NCBI GenBank assembly: GCA_964019335.1
Contig: OZ025674.1
Location: 1-64,000 of the forward strand
Length of the DNA: 64,000 nucleotides
Source: Diplonema japonicum
Lineage: Eukaryota; Protista; Euglenozoa: Diplonemea
Direction of reading: 5' to 3'
The position numbers were made by a program, and so were the translations under genes. Within the stretch, counting starts at the first letter, position 1. Each line of letters begins with the position of its first letter. Under the pieces are notes generated by a model. It was not told the origin of the DNA. It did not search any database and worked only from the letters and a program-made list of their open reading frames with translations. Shown piece after piece: positions 22,102-33,568 of this stretch.

Positions 22102-23231
22102 ATGCCGCGCTCAACTACACCAGTTAGGAACAGGGCGCCCGTCCGCGATGTGTCCAGCACAAGAGGTACCGTGGGTTTCAGTGGGAGAAACAAAGAGATA
22201 ACTGAGATGAAAGAGACTATTAAGCATCAGGAGGAGATGATTGAAAAACAGGGCGCATTGCTCTTGGGACACGCCCAGCTATTGCATGAAATGCGAGAGG
22301 AGATAGTGAGGCTCCGTGAGGGCGGGATGGGTGAGGCGCACACCAAGCAGCTCACGCAGCTCACGACTGTTACGTTGAAAAACATGTCTTCAAATTTCGA
22401 AAACGTCCAGAGGGACGTGGAGTGGGCGACAGAGAACGTCAAGAAGCTTTCCATCTTCACAGGATGCCCTGTGAGTGACCAGCACCTTCCCTTAGATCAG
22501 CACATTACTCCTACATTTTCCTGCCCTGAGACACCGCACCCTGAAGAAGACATGGCACCCATTGTGGCACCAGAGGAGTTCAGAGATTACCTCAACGACA
22601 CGGCCGAATCGGAAGGTAGACAGGCGATGCAGCTGCCTGTGTCCACACTTAATACATATACACCTAAACCAACAAACGATATAGGGAATGATCTCTACCG
22701 CAGGGGAATGGCGCAGAAGAAGAAGCGTGCCAGCGAGATAGCTCAACGCCAGAGAACAGCGGAGGAGGAGGACCTGAGAGTGATGCGAATCAAGCCAGAG
22801 ATCAGCCACCTCGCGAAGAGGTCGAAGTCGTCGGACAAGTCCATCTCAGCACGCACTGACGAGTGGAAGGAGAAGCGCGAGAAAAAGAGGGAGTCCCTCC
22901 GCACTGAGATGAAAAAGCTCGAAGAAGAGTCCCTGCGAGCATCTCCCAACCTCAACCCCAACTCAATAAAAATAGCATCACAATCGCATTACAGGCGTGC
23001 CTCGTCCACCTCACCAAGGCATATTGACCTATCGGAGTCCCCTGGTGTTTTGCAGGCAACACCACCTTCGTCGCCACTTGACATGTCATCACCCCCGCCC
23101 CTTGACGAGCTGTTAGAGAGATTGAGGAAAAGAAGGTATGCCCGGCACAACATCACAACACCACTAGGGAGCTCCTGGGCCTATGCACCTCGCAGTCGCC
23201 CGAGAGGATCTCTTCGAGTAGCATCTTGTAG
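22102..23231 (+). CDS. Hypothetical coiled-coil protein (intron 23136-23167)
   Basis: Long ORF with a GTATG...CTAG 32-nt intron near the 3' end. Confidence 0.65.
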
Positions 23232-23872
23232 CCACAGCTAGTTGCGCATAGATTGTTCATTAGATTTTCCCCCCTTTTCCTTTTTTTGCAATGTCCAGCG
23301 ACGCTTCACGGAATTCATCAATTCTTCTCCACAGAGAACCTCGTGTGCCTCCAGTTACGATTTGCGCTACGATGGGATCTCGTGTCTGCTAAACGACTTA
23401 CAACACAGCAGGCAAAGGTATACATAGCACGATAAACTCTTCCGAGAGCCTGCAGTGAGTTATCGAGATCGCTTGCCTGCACCAGGCAAAGAGACAAGGA
23501 GCGAACTGTAGTGATGATTAGCACTCTGCACACTGAAATCTTACTGCATTTCCCCTGCAAGAACGAGTCTTCGATTTGTTTAATACTTCCGGATATGAAC
23601 CCGTCCTGGTTTTTACCTGCACCTACAAACAACGGTCAGTTTTTTTTTTCTTCTTCTTTTTGATTTCCCCCCATAACCTTGTTATGTTGTAATCCATAGA
23701 ATCTTGCTGCAGGGCCTGTACTGGCCTATTGTAAAAAAAGCGGTTATTTTTGTTTGAAATGGTAGCGCAAGGATCCTTGTACTTTGTAGAGTCCTCCTGC
23801 TTCTTAAATGTTGTTATATTGACTTGATTGATTGCCTTTCGGTATTTGGTGACCTATGTCTCAGAAAGTAAA

Positions 23873-24241
23873 ATGTTGCGAGCAAACAGGCGCGTGCTTG
23901 GGTACAGCCAACAGATATTGAAACAAGGAGATGGGAAAACGTTTGCAGAGATGGGTGACGTTGCGAGAATAGAATTTAAATTGTACAAAGAAATCGGAGG
24001 AAAGGTGACACGCATCTTCCGTGGCCAGGACACAGCGCGTATTTTGGTGGGGAAGAATCAGGCTTTGCATGCTGTTGAAAAGGCGCTCCAGCAGATGTCA
24101 GAAGGTGAAGAAGCCTATATCAAATGTAGCCACGAGTACGCCTTTGGTGAGAAGGGCATTCCCCCAAGTGTCCCCCCTCAGACCAACATTGAAATGGAAA
24201 TTAAATTCAAACAATTGTACCGATTTGATGGTGATGCCTAA
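23873..24241 (+). CDS. FKBP-type peptidyl-prolyl isomerase-like protein
   Basis: ILKQGDGKTF...G.NQAL.AVE.AL.QMSEGEEA.I.CSHEYAFGEKGIPPSVPP.T.IEMEI. Confidence 0.85.
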   Translation: MLRANRRVLGYSQQILKQGDGKTFAEMGDVARIEFKLYKEIGGKVTRIFRGQDTARILVGKNQALHAVEKALQQMSEGEEAYIKCSHEYAFGEKGIPPSVPPQTNIEMEIKFKQLYRFDGDA

Positions 24242-24310
24242 ACTGAGATAGTGTTCTTTCAATGTCGCTGTGACACTTAGTATTTTCCTCAGCAGGATTC
24301 AGGAAACAAA

Positions 24311-25349
24311 ATGGACCCCGTGAAAGATGCTGTTGCGGTTTCTAAGAAAGAACTCGCTCTGTACGTGGAGGCGAGGAAGACGGGTGTCATTGCTGCGCTA
24401 TTTGCCTTCTACAGAAAACCTGTTTGGTGCTCCCCGTTCCACGCAATCCTTGATTCGAAAAGCAGGCGGAGAATTAGATACATTTTGTATGCGATGAAAA
24501 AAGTGGGTCTGCAGTTCAATATCATAACTGCCCTGCTAGGGTATACCAAAGTGGAGCTGGTACAAGAAGTGTCTTTAGAGCAAAGGGGGAGGACGAGTGA
24601 TGGCACTGTGGCTTTCAACCTGAGGCCTTCCCCTGCTGTCACAAGGCTGTACATCAAGACTACTATGCTCCCCTTGGATAGCATAAACACTTTGTATGCC
24701 GGATTTGGCGAAATCGTCGTCACAGAGCTTCCCTCGCACCAGGGCGTGACTGAGTATGAAGTGGCCTTTGATAGCTACGAGAACTGCATGAAAGCAGCGG
24801 AGCTCACCCACGCTAAATTGATCTTCTCCTCTTTTAGGAAAGAGGGCTTCGAGGCGTTCACCTCGAAAGAATTAATAGAGATATCCATTGCGAAGTCTGT
24901 GCTTGACGCCAACGTCCCGTACCTCACTGTGGACAACATCCCCTACTGGACGACTGCAGAGCAGGTCACTAATGTCTTCTCGGAGCACGGAATGGTGCGA
25001 GAAGTGAAGTTCGCAACCAACGATATAAACGGGTGCCACTTCGGGTGCTGCCAGGTGCTCATGGCGACACATAAAGAAATGGCAAAGGCAGAGGAAGCTT
25101 TGGACGGAAGGAGGCTAAACGGCAACATCATGGTGATTGGGATTTTGGGAAGAGATGGCATTATCAGATCTAGCAAGGTATGCAGACATTCGTATTCAAC
25201 CACCTCAGGGTCCCAGCCCCAAGAGCATGGGCGGCGATATCAATCTCGCCCGTCTCAACTTCCCTATGCCAGCAGGCTTGCCGCCGGCTATGCAGTCCAT
25301 TCCACCTTCGAACATACCTTCTGCGCCTGGGTTCACGCCTCCTTCTTAA
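24311..25349 (+). CDS. RRM-domain RNA-binding protein (intron 25178-25208)
   Basis: LTVDNIPYWTTAEQVTNVFSEHGMVREV...GCCQV...ALDGRRLNG; splicing joins a Pro-rich tail. Confidence 0.75.
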
Positions 25350-25430
25350 GATACCTTAGTGTGTTACACAGTAGTGTGTATAGTGTATCACTTATTTCCT
25401 TGTTCTGTGTAAGCACTAACTACCACAGGG

Positions 25431-25985
25431 ATGGCATGCATATGGAAGCAATCTGCACGCCTCTCACACAACCTGCTATGCCATAACCAAGAACACTGCA
25501 GCATTGAGACCGGTGGATGGGGATGTTGCGATACAAGAGGCGGTATGGCCCAATGTCCACCCGAGATGCCCGTCATGTGTGCTGAGAAGTGTTTCGGGCG
25601 GTACTGCTGCGGGTGGGACTGTGACCTTCTGGGTGGTGTAAGAGATTGCAGCATGGTAGAGTCGGACAGCGAGTCCTTCGATTGGGCAGGTCTCGCAATT
25701 ATTATCTTCGTGACCGTGATCTTACTATGCTGTCTTGCAGCCAGTATTCTGTTTTATTTCAAAGGCGACCTCTGTGTTGAAGCTCGACTCAGCAAACAGC
25801 CTTCTGCAGTTCCTCGCAACCGCACACCCACTCCCACCACCTCCCCTGCGCCCCCGCTCTCCCCCCGCGTGTCACGCACACCTCGCACGCCCAGAAGTGC
25901 CCTGGCCAGCTCTTTCAGCACTATTGCATCCGCTGCTGAGCACCCCTCCCCAAGGGACACGCCACGGTCTGCCATCGATATCTAG
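25431..25985 (+). CDS. Small single-pass membrane protein with Cys-rich N-terminus
   Basis: Cys-rich segment, hydrophobic helix AGLAIIIFVTVILLCCLAASILFYF, Pro/Ser-rich tail. Confidence 0.55.
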   Translation: MACIWKQSARLSHNLLCHNQEHCSIETGGWGCCDTRGGMAQCPPEMPVMCAEKCFGRYCCGWDCDLLGGVRDCSMVESDSESFDWAGLAIIIFVTVILLCCLAASILFYFKGDLCVEARLSKQPSAVPRNRTPTPTTSPAPPLSPRVSRTPRTPRSALASSFSTIASAAEHPSPRDTPRSAIDI

Positions 25986-26064
25986 CCTCCAGTCTTAGTA
26001 CAGTATGAAGACAGTACGTCTTCTTCACTTGCTTTAACTTGCGTACATAAGCTACCCAGATCAA

Positions 26065-28181
26065 ATGACCAGTGACACGTGCACTTATTTAATAAGAGGA
26101 AAGCGGCAGTGTATCAGGGAAGCTGCAGAAGGCGGCAGTACATGCCAGTTTCATTGCAAGGATGAGTTAGCCAGGCAGAAGGTTATTCGTGATAAACGGC
26201 GCGAACAGATCGTGGAGAGCGGGCAGGCACGGCGGAGAGTGGACGTCTTGGAATTATTGAAGAAAATGAAAAAGATAGAATGTGACCTGGCTCCTGTAGC
26301 GAATGGTGTGTGTTTTATGAAGGAGGCGGGTGTGCTCTTTGACACTATGTGCACACAACAAAAGACAGTGTGGCAGAAGGCAAAGAGGTCGTGGCACCAG
26401 CCTCAGATCGAGTCGCTTGCAAAGCATATATCGTCGCTGGGTATCCTTTCGAAGGACACAATCCTCTTGGAGCTCGGTGCTGGCAAAGGGCTGTTGGGAG
26501 CGATTATTGGGAAGCTAAACGCGTGCAATGTAGTGGTGCTAGACAAGCGAGAAGGCGGTATGGGTGGCTGCGGCGACAACGATGGCAGCTGCGGTATCAA
26601 ACGCGTTCATGCTGATCTCAGTGACACCCCTCTGCACGAGGTAACTGGTGGCAAGGGCTCGGTGATTGTGGCAAAGCATTTTTGTGGAGACGCAACAGAC
26701 CTCGCCTTACGTAGTTTGAAGAACCCCGATGCTTCCATCAAAGCAGCTCTTGTGGCACCATGTTGCCACCCGAAGACAGCATTTGAGAAGTACTCCGGGA
26801 AAGACTATCTGTCAGATCAAGGGTTCGATAGCAACGATTTTGAGGCCCTGTTAGTCTTGATGGAGATTTCCCGGGAGCGAACACAGCACAAACACCAATC
26901 CTACGGAAAGAAGGTGTTCAATCTTGATAAGGTACCATATGAGGAGTTGTACCGCATTGGCAGGCTTGCAAGAAGGATAGTTGAGGAGGGCAGAGTGCAG
27001 TATTTGAAGCAGTCATGGCGCAGGGTCAGGGTAGTGGAGTACGTACCGCACACTGTGACACCCGACAACCTGTTCCTCCTTGCAGAGAATACTGAGAACT
27101 GCACCCCGATGCTGATGATCTCAGGTGCACCGACGCAGTACTCGGGGAGTGGAGTTATCCTGCACTTGACTTCAAGAGCCCTTTCAGACCTGCCGATGCG
27201 GACAGTAGAGTATTTACTTGAAAAGCGAGACAGGGGACACCTTGCCATTGACATGGTTTGGACAGCGGACATGAGACTTGACAGAGTGGTGGCTGATGGG
27301 TGCTCTACTGAAGTTGTGGTATTGCACACAGACACACCCTTCAGACTGCTGCAGGAGCTCAAGAAGGACTCGCTGCTGGAGAGGGTTGTCGACAAAGTCT
27401 TCCCTTTCACGAACACGTCAGCTACGTTACGCGAAGCGCTCAACAAGGAGATCGTGACAGATAAGCTCAACAGAGTATATGCGTACCCAAAGGCACTAGA
27501 GCAGGAAGCAGTCGTCCTCCTTGGTGAAACTGCGCCCCTGCATACAACGAAATTTACTTGTGTCGCCAATGTGTTTGAGTGGTCACTTGAGACGGGCGCA
27601 GCACCTACCTACCTGAGTTCTTCTTGCTGTGTGCACGAATGGAACCCACGTGAGTGGCCGTGCCTGGGTAGCACAACGCCAGCACCACGTACAGTGGCTA
27701 GAATGCACGAGCTCATGGACAGAATGAAAGTTCATATCAACGTAGGAACTACCGTCACTCTTGTTACAACTAAGGGTGCTGACTACACGAGTCTCATTGA
27801 ATACTTCTCCGACATTGGGGTGAAGGTAGCTGTGACATATGCGCATGTATCTGCAACAAGCGTTTCACTAACACCCGTCTCACGTGCGGAATGTTTAATA
27901 GTGTTGCTAGATAATCCGAAGGAGGACGTCCTTAGAGTCTTGCAAGCTCTACCGCGTGATCCTTGCACTGTCGTGTGCTCCCTCAAGATCTGCCCACCTG
28001 CCAAGCGCAATAACCCGTCAGCGGTAAAGACGGCTCATGCTAAGGTATGCAACTGCTTAGTAACAACATAGCACAGATCGCGTCTGAGTTACATAGTGTC
28101 GTACAGAAGCTTGAGGTCCTGCACCTCCTGTGCGACAGGGACAACGAGAGGACCATCACATGCTTCAGCGGTGAGGCCTGA
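26065..28181 (+). CDS. TRM13-like tRNA methyltransferase with extra C-terminal domain (intron 28045-28076)
   Basis: N-terminal C..C..C..H finger, LELGAGKGLL, AKHFCGDATDLALR, APCCH; spliced C-terminus ...LHLLCDRDNERT. Confidence 0.75.
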
Positions 28182-28291
28182 CATTGTGCTGTGAATCTTT
28201 CAATGGCCTGCGGCTCTCGCGCGGAGTTTGCATGACATCGACTTATTGTCTTTACTGTCTCACATGTGAAGTTTATGTACAATTTACAGGA

Positions 28292-29407
28292 ATGGAAGGG
28301 GAAACACATTTTGGTGGCATTGTGCATGCAGATGCGGATGAAGTGTGGGACACGGTGAAGTACTTCAACGGTATTGACGTGTGGTTGGGAGAGGTCCTAG
28401 AGACATGCATGATAGAGAACAGTCCTTGCGGCCCGCGGGACATAGGGTGCGTGCGGCGAGTAGTTTTTAGAGAAGGCAACACCATGACAAGGGAAAGGTT
28501 GACTAGTTACTACGAATCAGAGTTCAAGCGATACTATAGTTATACACTGCTCCCTCCGATAGAAGTCGAGAGGCACCGCGCCTTGCTGCCGTGTGGCTAC
28601 GAGGATCTTAAGATCACACTTTCTGTTTCTGAGGCGACAGGAATAAGCAAAACCTATGTAGACCTGTACGCCACTTATGTGTGCAAAACAGAACAAAACT
28701 TGAATACAGTGCGAGAGACGTTACTACCGCATTTCAAGATGCAAGTGAGCTCCATTGCAAAGGCATCATCCAAGTACGAAGTGAGCACCAGCCTACCTGA
28801 TTTACTTATTGAGCTGGAAAAACAAGGCGATCTAACTCAGTACTCCAAAGAAATCCAAAGGCTTAGTGATATGTGGTTCGATGTCATTAACTCCGAAAAG
28901 GCGATACGGCACCAGCTGGGGGAGGCATTGAATGAGTTGGAGGCGACAAAGCAGATCTTAAGCAAAGTTGTGAAGCGCAATGTGGAAGGGGATACCAAGA
29001 CGAACGAAGAGAGTATGACATGCAGCGTGGTCGAAGACCTTCGCGTGGAAAGCAATACTAGCCCTTCGGAAGCAGCCAGTCCCGCGGATACGCAAAAAAA
29101 CGAAATACTGGCCGTCACAGAGGCATCTAGCAAACCCAGCATACCGGTGGAGCCACTTCCTTACATGTACGCAGCAAAACCGCACGGCATTACGATTCGC
29201 AAAGATGAGCTTCGAGCTATTTTCAACAAACTTGACTTCAAGCAGTGCGGTTTCCTCACAACAGCACAGCTTGAGCAGTACTACCTTACGGTTGATGTGT
29301 TCGAAACACCAGACACAGTGCAGAGGGTGACCAAGAGGTTCCTTGTCAACGGCAAGGCCACCTTTGATAGCTTCCATTCCTTGATGCTTCATAGGGCGCT
29401 ACACTAA
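28292..29407 (+). CDS. SRPBCC/polyketide-cyclase (START-like) domain protein with C-terminal EF-hand-like region
   Basis: ADADEVWDTVKYFNG...GCVRRV...ERL....RYYSY; IFNKLDFKQCGFLT...GKATFDSF. Confidence 0.65.
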   Translation: MEGETHFGGIVHADADEVWDTVKYFNGIDVWLGEVLETCMIENSPCGPRDIGCVRRVVFREGNTMTRERLTSYYESEFKRYYSYTLLPPIEVERHRALLPCGYEDLKITLSVSEATGISKTYVDLYATYVCKTEQNLNTVRETLLPHFKMQVSSIAKASSKYEVSTSLPDLLIELEKQGDLTQYSKEIQRLSDMWFDVINSEKAIRHQLGEALNELEATKQILSKVVKRNVEGDTKTNEESMTCSVVEDLRVESNTSPSEAASPADTQKNEILAVTEASSKPSIPVEPLPYMYAAKPHGITIRKDELRAIFNKLDFKQCGFLTTAQLEQYYLTVDVFETPDTVQRVTKRFLVNGKATFDSFHSLMLHRALH

Positions 29408-29520
29408 CCTGAAAAGGTGTACATTTACACATAAAACGATTTATCAAAAAAAAAAAATAATAATAAAACCCTTTCCCCCCCTCTTTGTAGCACCTCAAAC
29501 ACGTCCAGAACTACAATAAC

Positions 29521-29655
29521 ATGGGTTGCGGCGGGTCTACGTTGGCAGCTGACGGCAGCATTGCTCCTGGTAAGGGCGAGGTGAAGATTGAGCCTGATGC
29601 CACTGAGGTTGAGGTTATGTGGAACTGGGACGGCGACGGCAAGAAGTATGCCTTG

Positions 29656-29689
<34 letters not shown>

Positions 29690-31450
29690 ACACAGGGTTC
29701 TGCACCAAGTCAAGGTAATGCCAGAGCTGCCTGGTGAGATTGCGAAGTTGAAGGACGCAAAATGGGAGACCAAGTCAACAGGTGCTCCTGGTGAGCATGT
29801 GATTAAAGTTCCAGTAAAGGTAATGCAGCAAAGATGGCAGGTGGAGATGGAGGGTGGCCCTGTGAATATCCTGTACCCAGGGCAAACGGTCCCAGATTTG
29901 TGCAAGAAGATCCACGAGCAGCACTTGAAGGATCCCACAAAGTTCCCCAAACTTATGAACAAGGCAGCCAAAGAAGACCACCCTTACAAGAAAAACCCTG
30001 ATAAAGCTAAGTCTGACTGCGACAACTTGATCAACTGCGTGAACCCCAGCCAGATGGACGATGACATGTTGATTCTAAAGCCGTCGCTGGTCCAGCTGGA
30101 AGACCAACTGCCTGGCAACAACGGCACTGTGTCGCTCAGTATAGAGAAGAGGCTTGGGAAATGGGCTGAGGGTGCGGGCACGAAACCTGCACTTAGTTTA
30201 CCTGAAAAGGCTGCTGCAGTTAAGGATCAGCCCGATAAGATGATGCAAGCACTGGGATTTAAAGAAAAAGCAGTTACAAAGGGTGTTCAGGGCGGCATCG
30301 CGGCACTGTGCACGGCAATGGGCACCACGCCCGCCGATCTGCTGCCTGACCTCGACGCAATGCTTGATGCGGCTAACGGCAAGAAGCCCTTGGCTGATAC
30401 GCCTTATGACGAGACAGCTAAGTGGCAGGCGTGGACTAAAGAAAGGAACAAGACAGAAGATGAGATCGAGGAGGCAAGGATCGCAACTGTCAAGGCCGAA
30501 CTTGAGGAGGACAAGAAGAACGAAGCAGACACCAAAGCTTTGGACAGCAACCCCGATCAGTTGAAGAAGATGATGCGGGAGAAGATCGAATCCATTCTTT
30601 CTTACGCCAAAGAAGCAACAAAGCCCCTTGACGAAGGCAGTATTAAGAAGGGTGTCCGTGTCCTCGCAAAATGGAAGAAGTTCGGGTTCATCGAGGGGGA
30701 GGTTGATTCAAGCATCAGCACTGGTGTTGTGAATGACAACAGGACAGGGCTGCTGACTGGCGATGAGGTCGGTGAGAGGAAGGAAGAGAAATATTGCAAA
30801 GTGAAGTTCGACGACGGCGATACGTGTCTTGTGAACATTACGAACATTGCAAAGGAAATCACAGAGCCGGCCAAGCCAGAGACTCTGACCCGCGGGACGC
30901 CTGTGAGGGCTAGATTCTACAACGACATCTTTAGAGATGGTACCATCGAAGGTAGAAACCCCGACGGGACATTCATTGTAAAGTTCAGCTTGGCTCTCAC
31001 TCAGCCTGACGTGAAACCTCAGGACATCAGGCCTGTTTCTGATTCTGGCTTTGTATCGAAAGTCGGGTTTCTGCTGCCTAAGTCCTTTTACAATGTTACC
31101 TTCACGTGGCTCCAAGCAGAGACCGACCTCACAGTGGCACTGAACATTTGGCGTGAGACGGATGACGACAACATTCAGGTATATGTATTGAATATGTTAG
31201 ATCATCACAGACACACGCTCTGACTTCATTTAAGAAGAAGAAGAAGAATCCAGATGGCAGCAGTGGTGAGGAAATCCATGGTGGTTATAAGGTTACAATC
31301 CCTGTCTGTAGAGACCGGCCCTACTGCTATAACTTTAAGGTATGATGCTGACAAAATATAAGACATCAGGTGGGCGATGACTACTTCGTGAACTTCAAAG
31401 ACTCTGTCTCCGAGAAGGGCTACAGAGTCTTGACACTTAGGGCCTCATAG
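29521..31450 (+). CDS. Dual-acylation-signal (MGCGGS) protein with Tudor-like repeats (introns 29646-29695, 31179-31210, 31340-31369)
   Basis: Splicing joins MGCGGS...GKK to VLHQVK; two Tudor/Agenet-like segments (RVLAKW..VKFDDGD; VRARFY...GTFIVKF); C-terminal exons end at TAG 31450. Confidence 0.7.
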
Positions 31451-32220
31451 GCAGCTGACACACATTGCGAAATGATACAACTGGGGCCCTCCTTAGGTGC
31501 TCTAATCGTTTAACTAATTTTTCATTATTTTCTTATTCTATTTTTCTTTTGGTCCCCCCCCCCCCCTCTTTTTCACCCCTTCTTCTCCCTTTGGTAATTT
31601 CATTTATATTCTCCTTGCTTATTCTTTTCTTTCATTATTTTTCATTGCTCCCCTTTATTTCTTCTACCTTGTGCCACACCCCCCCCCCCCCCCCCCCTTA
31701 TTCTACCTTGCCCCACCTGATCACCCCGAATGGGGATATGGCTACCTTTTCCCTTGTGAAGCCTTTGTCAGCACACAGAAACCCTTGCGGTTTTAAGCAC
31801 TCAATGCACCGAGTCCTGTTGCTGTGGCAATACAAAGATGGTTGTTAGTGATAGGAGTAAAGAGGAAAAGGACCCGCGCTTTGTACCATGCTTTCTGTGA
31901 ATATGCCTCCCAGGCACATGAGGTGCATTACACTTCGCCTCTCTTCATTATTTTTCTCTCTTTTTTTTTCTCCGTTCCATAAAAAAAAGAAAAAAAAGAA
32001 GAAAATTGTAAATGCGAGCACACAGGGTGCGGTTTTGCTGTCTTAGTAACTCAACGACTATAATCCTTGCGGACAGAAATGTGCCGTCCTTTTGCCACTT
32101 TTCTTTTTCCCTCCCTTATATTTTGTGAATATTGTTCACGGGGTGCTCACACGGCACACCCTTCCTTCCTAAGCAAACCACCGCCTTCTCGTGCCAACCC
32201 TGAAGCCAATCACAGGTAAC

Positions 32221-32805
32221 ATGAACTTCTCACAACCATCAACGCAGCCACTCCAAGGCAGCCAAGCTAAAGTTGAAGAGGGCATTAGCTTCAAAACAGG
32301 ACAGATAGGACCCCTGAAAGATGCTGTGCCTCTCCTGCACATTGAGGTTTTTAGCATGTTGAACCAGAGGAGAGAACAGCAGAAAAAGTGGTGTATGGAC
32401 CTTCAGAGGCTGGGTATCTACAGGGGACAATCAGAGAGCTTTACGCACTGGGAACAAAACCAGGCACCCATTGTGCACCAGTGCTTCGCTTACACAGGTA
32501 CGGGTGGGAATGGTGTTGGACAGAAGGGCGGTACATCAAAGGCGGCATTAGAGAAATGGGAACATCTGAAAATAGAGCTCACAACCACACCCCTAGAGCT
32601 CCGTCCCCAGTGGCAGGAAGAAGACGACACTGACCCAAGCGGCTACCTGTCTATCGTAGAAGTCACACAGCTATGCAATCTCCTCCCAGGAGATTCCCTA
32701 GAAGCCAAAACGATTGTCCCCTCATTGGAGAGGTTCATCGACCAAGGCGTCGACAAGGTGTGCGGCATGATCCAGACCGTCGAGAACGCACCCCATGAGA
32801 CTTAG
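32221..32805 (+). CDS. RNA polymerase II subunit RPB4-like
   Basis: DAVPLLHIEV..ML and VEVTQLCNLLPGDSLEAKTIVPSLERF match the Rpb4/HRDC pattern. Confidence 0.65.
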   Translation: MNFSQPSTQPLQGSQAKVEEGISFKTGQIGPLKDAVPLLHIEVFSMLNQRREQQKKWCMDLQRLGIYRGQSESFTHWEQNQAPIVHQCFAYTGTGGNGVGQKGGTSKAALEKWEHLKIELTTTPLELRPQWQEEDDTDPSGYLSIVEVTQLCNLLPGDSLEAKTIVPSLERFIDQGVDKVCGMIQTVENAPHET

Positions 32806-33013
32806 AGGCGGCCGGCACTTGCCAGTTCTTTAGTTCGTCTGAGGCTCTTCTCTTTGGGAGCAAACACAGAATTGTAAATCCAAACTTAGCTGCGCGATCA
32901 TCGCACTGGTCAAAGGCTCTGAGCCTACAAAACCGACATTAGTAACAGTGTTAACCGTTTCTTTTTTTTTTTTTTTTTTTTAAGTTAGTATTACGCGCAC
33001 ATTTTACCAGGTA

Positions 33014-33505
33014 ATGTTGGGTTTGGATGATTATGGGTCAGATCACAGTGACGATGAGCCTTTCGTCATTAAAACACCTGAAGACGGACAGAGACCACAG
33101 CTGGCAGAGCTGGTAGAGTTGGAACCCCTGTTGACCCCTCCTGGGGCACGGCTTAGACGGGATCTGGGGCACACTGAGGAACTGGTGGTTGCACAGAACG
33201 AGAGACTTGAAGCACTTTACGAACATGAGAAGCGACCGACGCAGTTCATGAAAACTCAACACGTATTCATGAACCCTGAGAACACAGCATCCGTGCTGCA
33301 GGCGCTGGAAAAAAACATAGGAGTTAAAGTACAAAAATACTACAGCAATATCGAAGGCTTCAACAGCAGATTGAAAATGCTGGAAACAAAAACAGGTGAG
33401 GAAGTAAAGGCAGGGGCAAAACATGCTGTTGGGGGTTATGAGAAGAGGAAGAAAGAAGTTGAGCAGGACGCTAAGGAAGAAGCAAAACGCAGGAGAGCAG
33501 CCTAG
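33014..33505 (+). CDS. Hypothetical protein, weakly SAP30BP/HCNGP-like
   Basis: MLGLDDYGSD N-terminus, F.NP motif; host-like codons. Confidence 0.55.
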   Translation: MLGLDDYGSDHSDDEPFVIKTPEDGQRPQLAELVELEPLLTPPGARLRRDLGHTEELVVAQNERLEALYEHEKRPTQFMKTQHVFMNPENTASVLQALEKNIGVKVQKYYSNIEGFNSRLKMLETKTGEEVKAGAKHAVGGYEKRKKEVEQDAKEEAKRRRAA

Positions 33506-33568
33506 GCCAGTACGCTATGCATCGTATTCTCTGTTCTTTACCACAACACAGTGTTACAACTTACAAAA

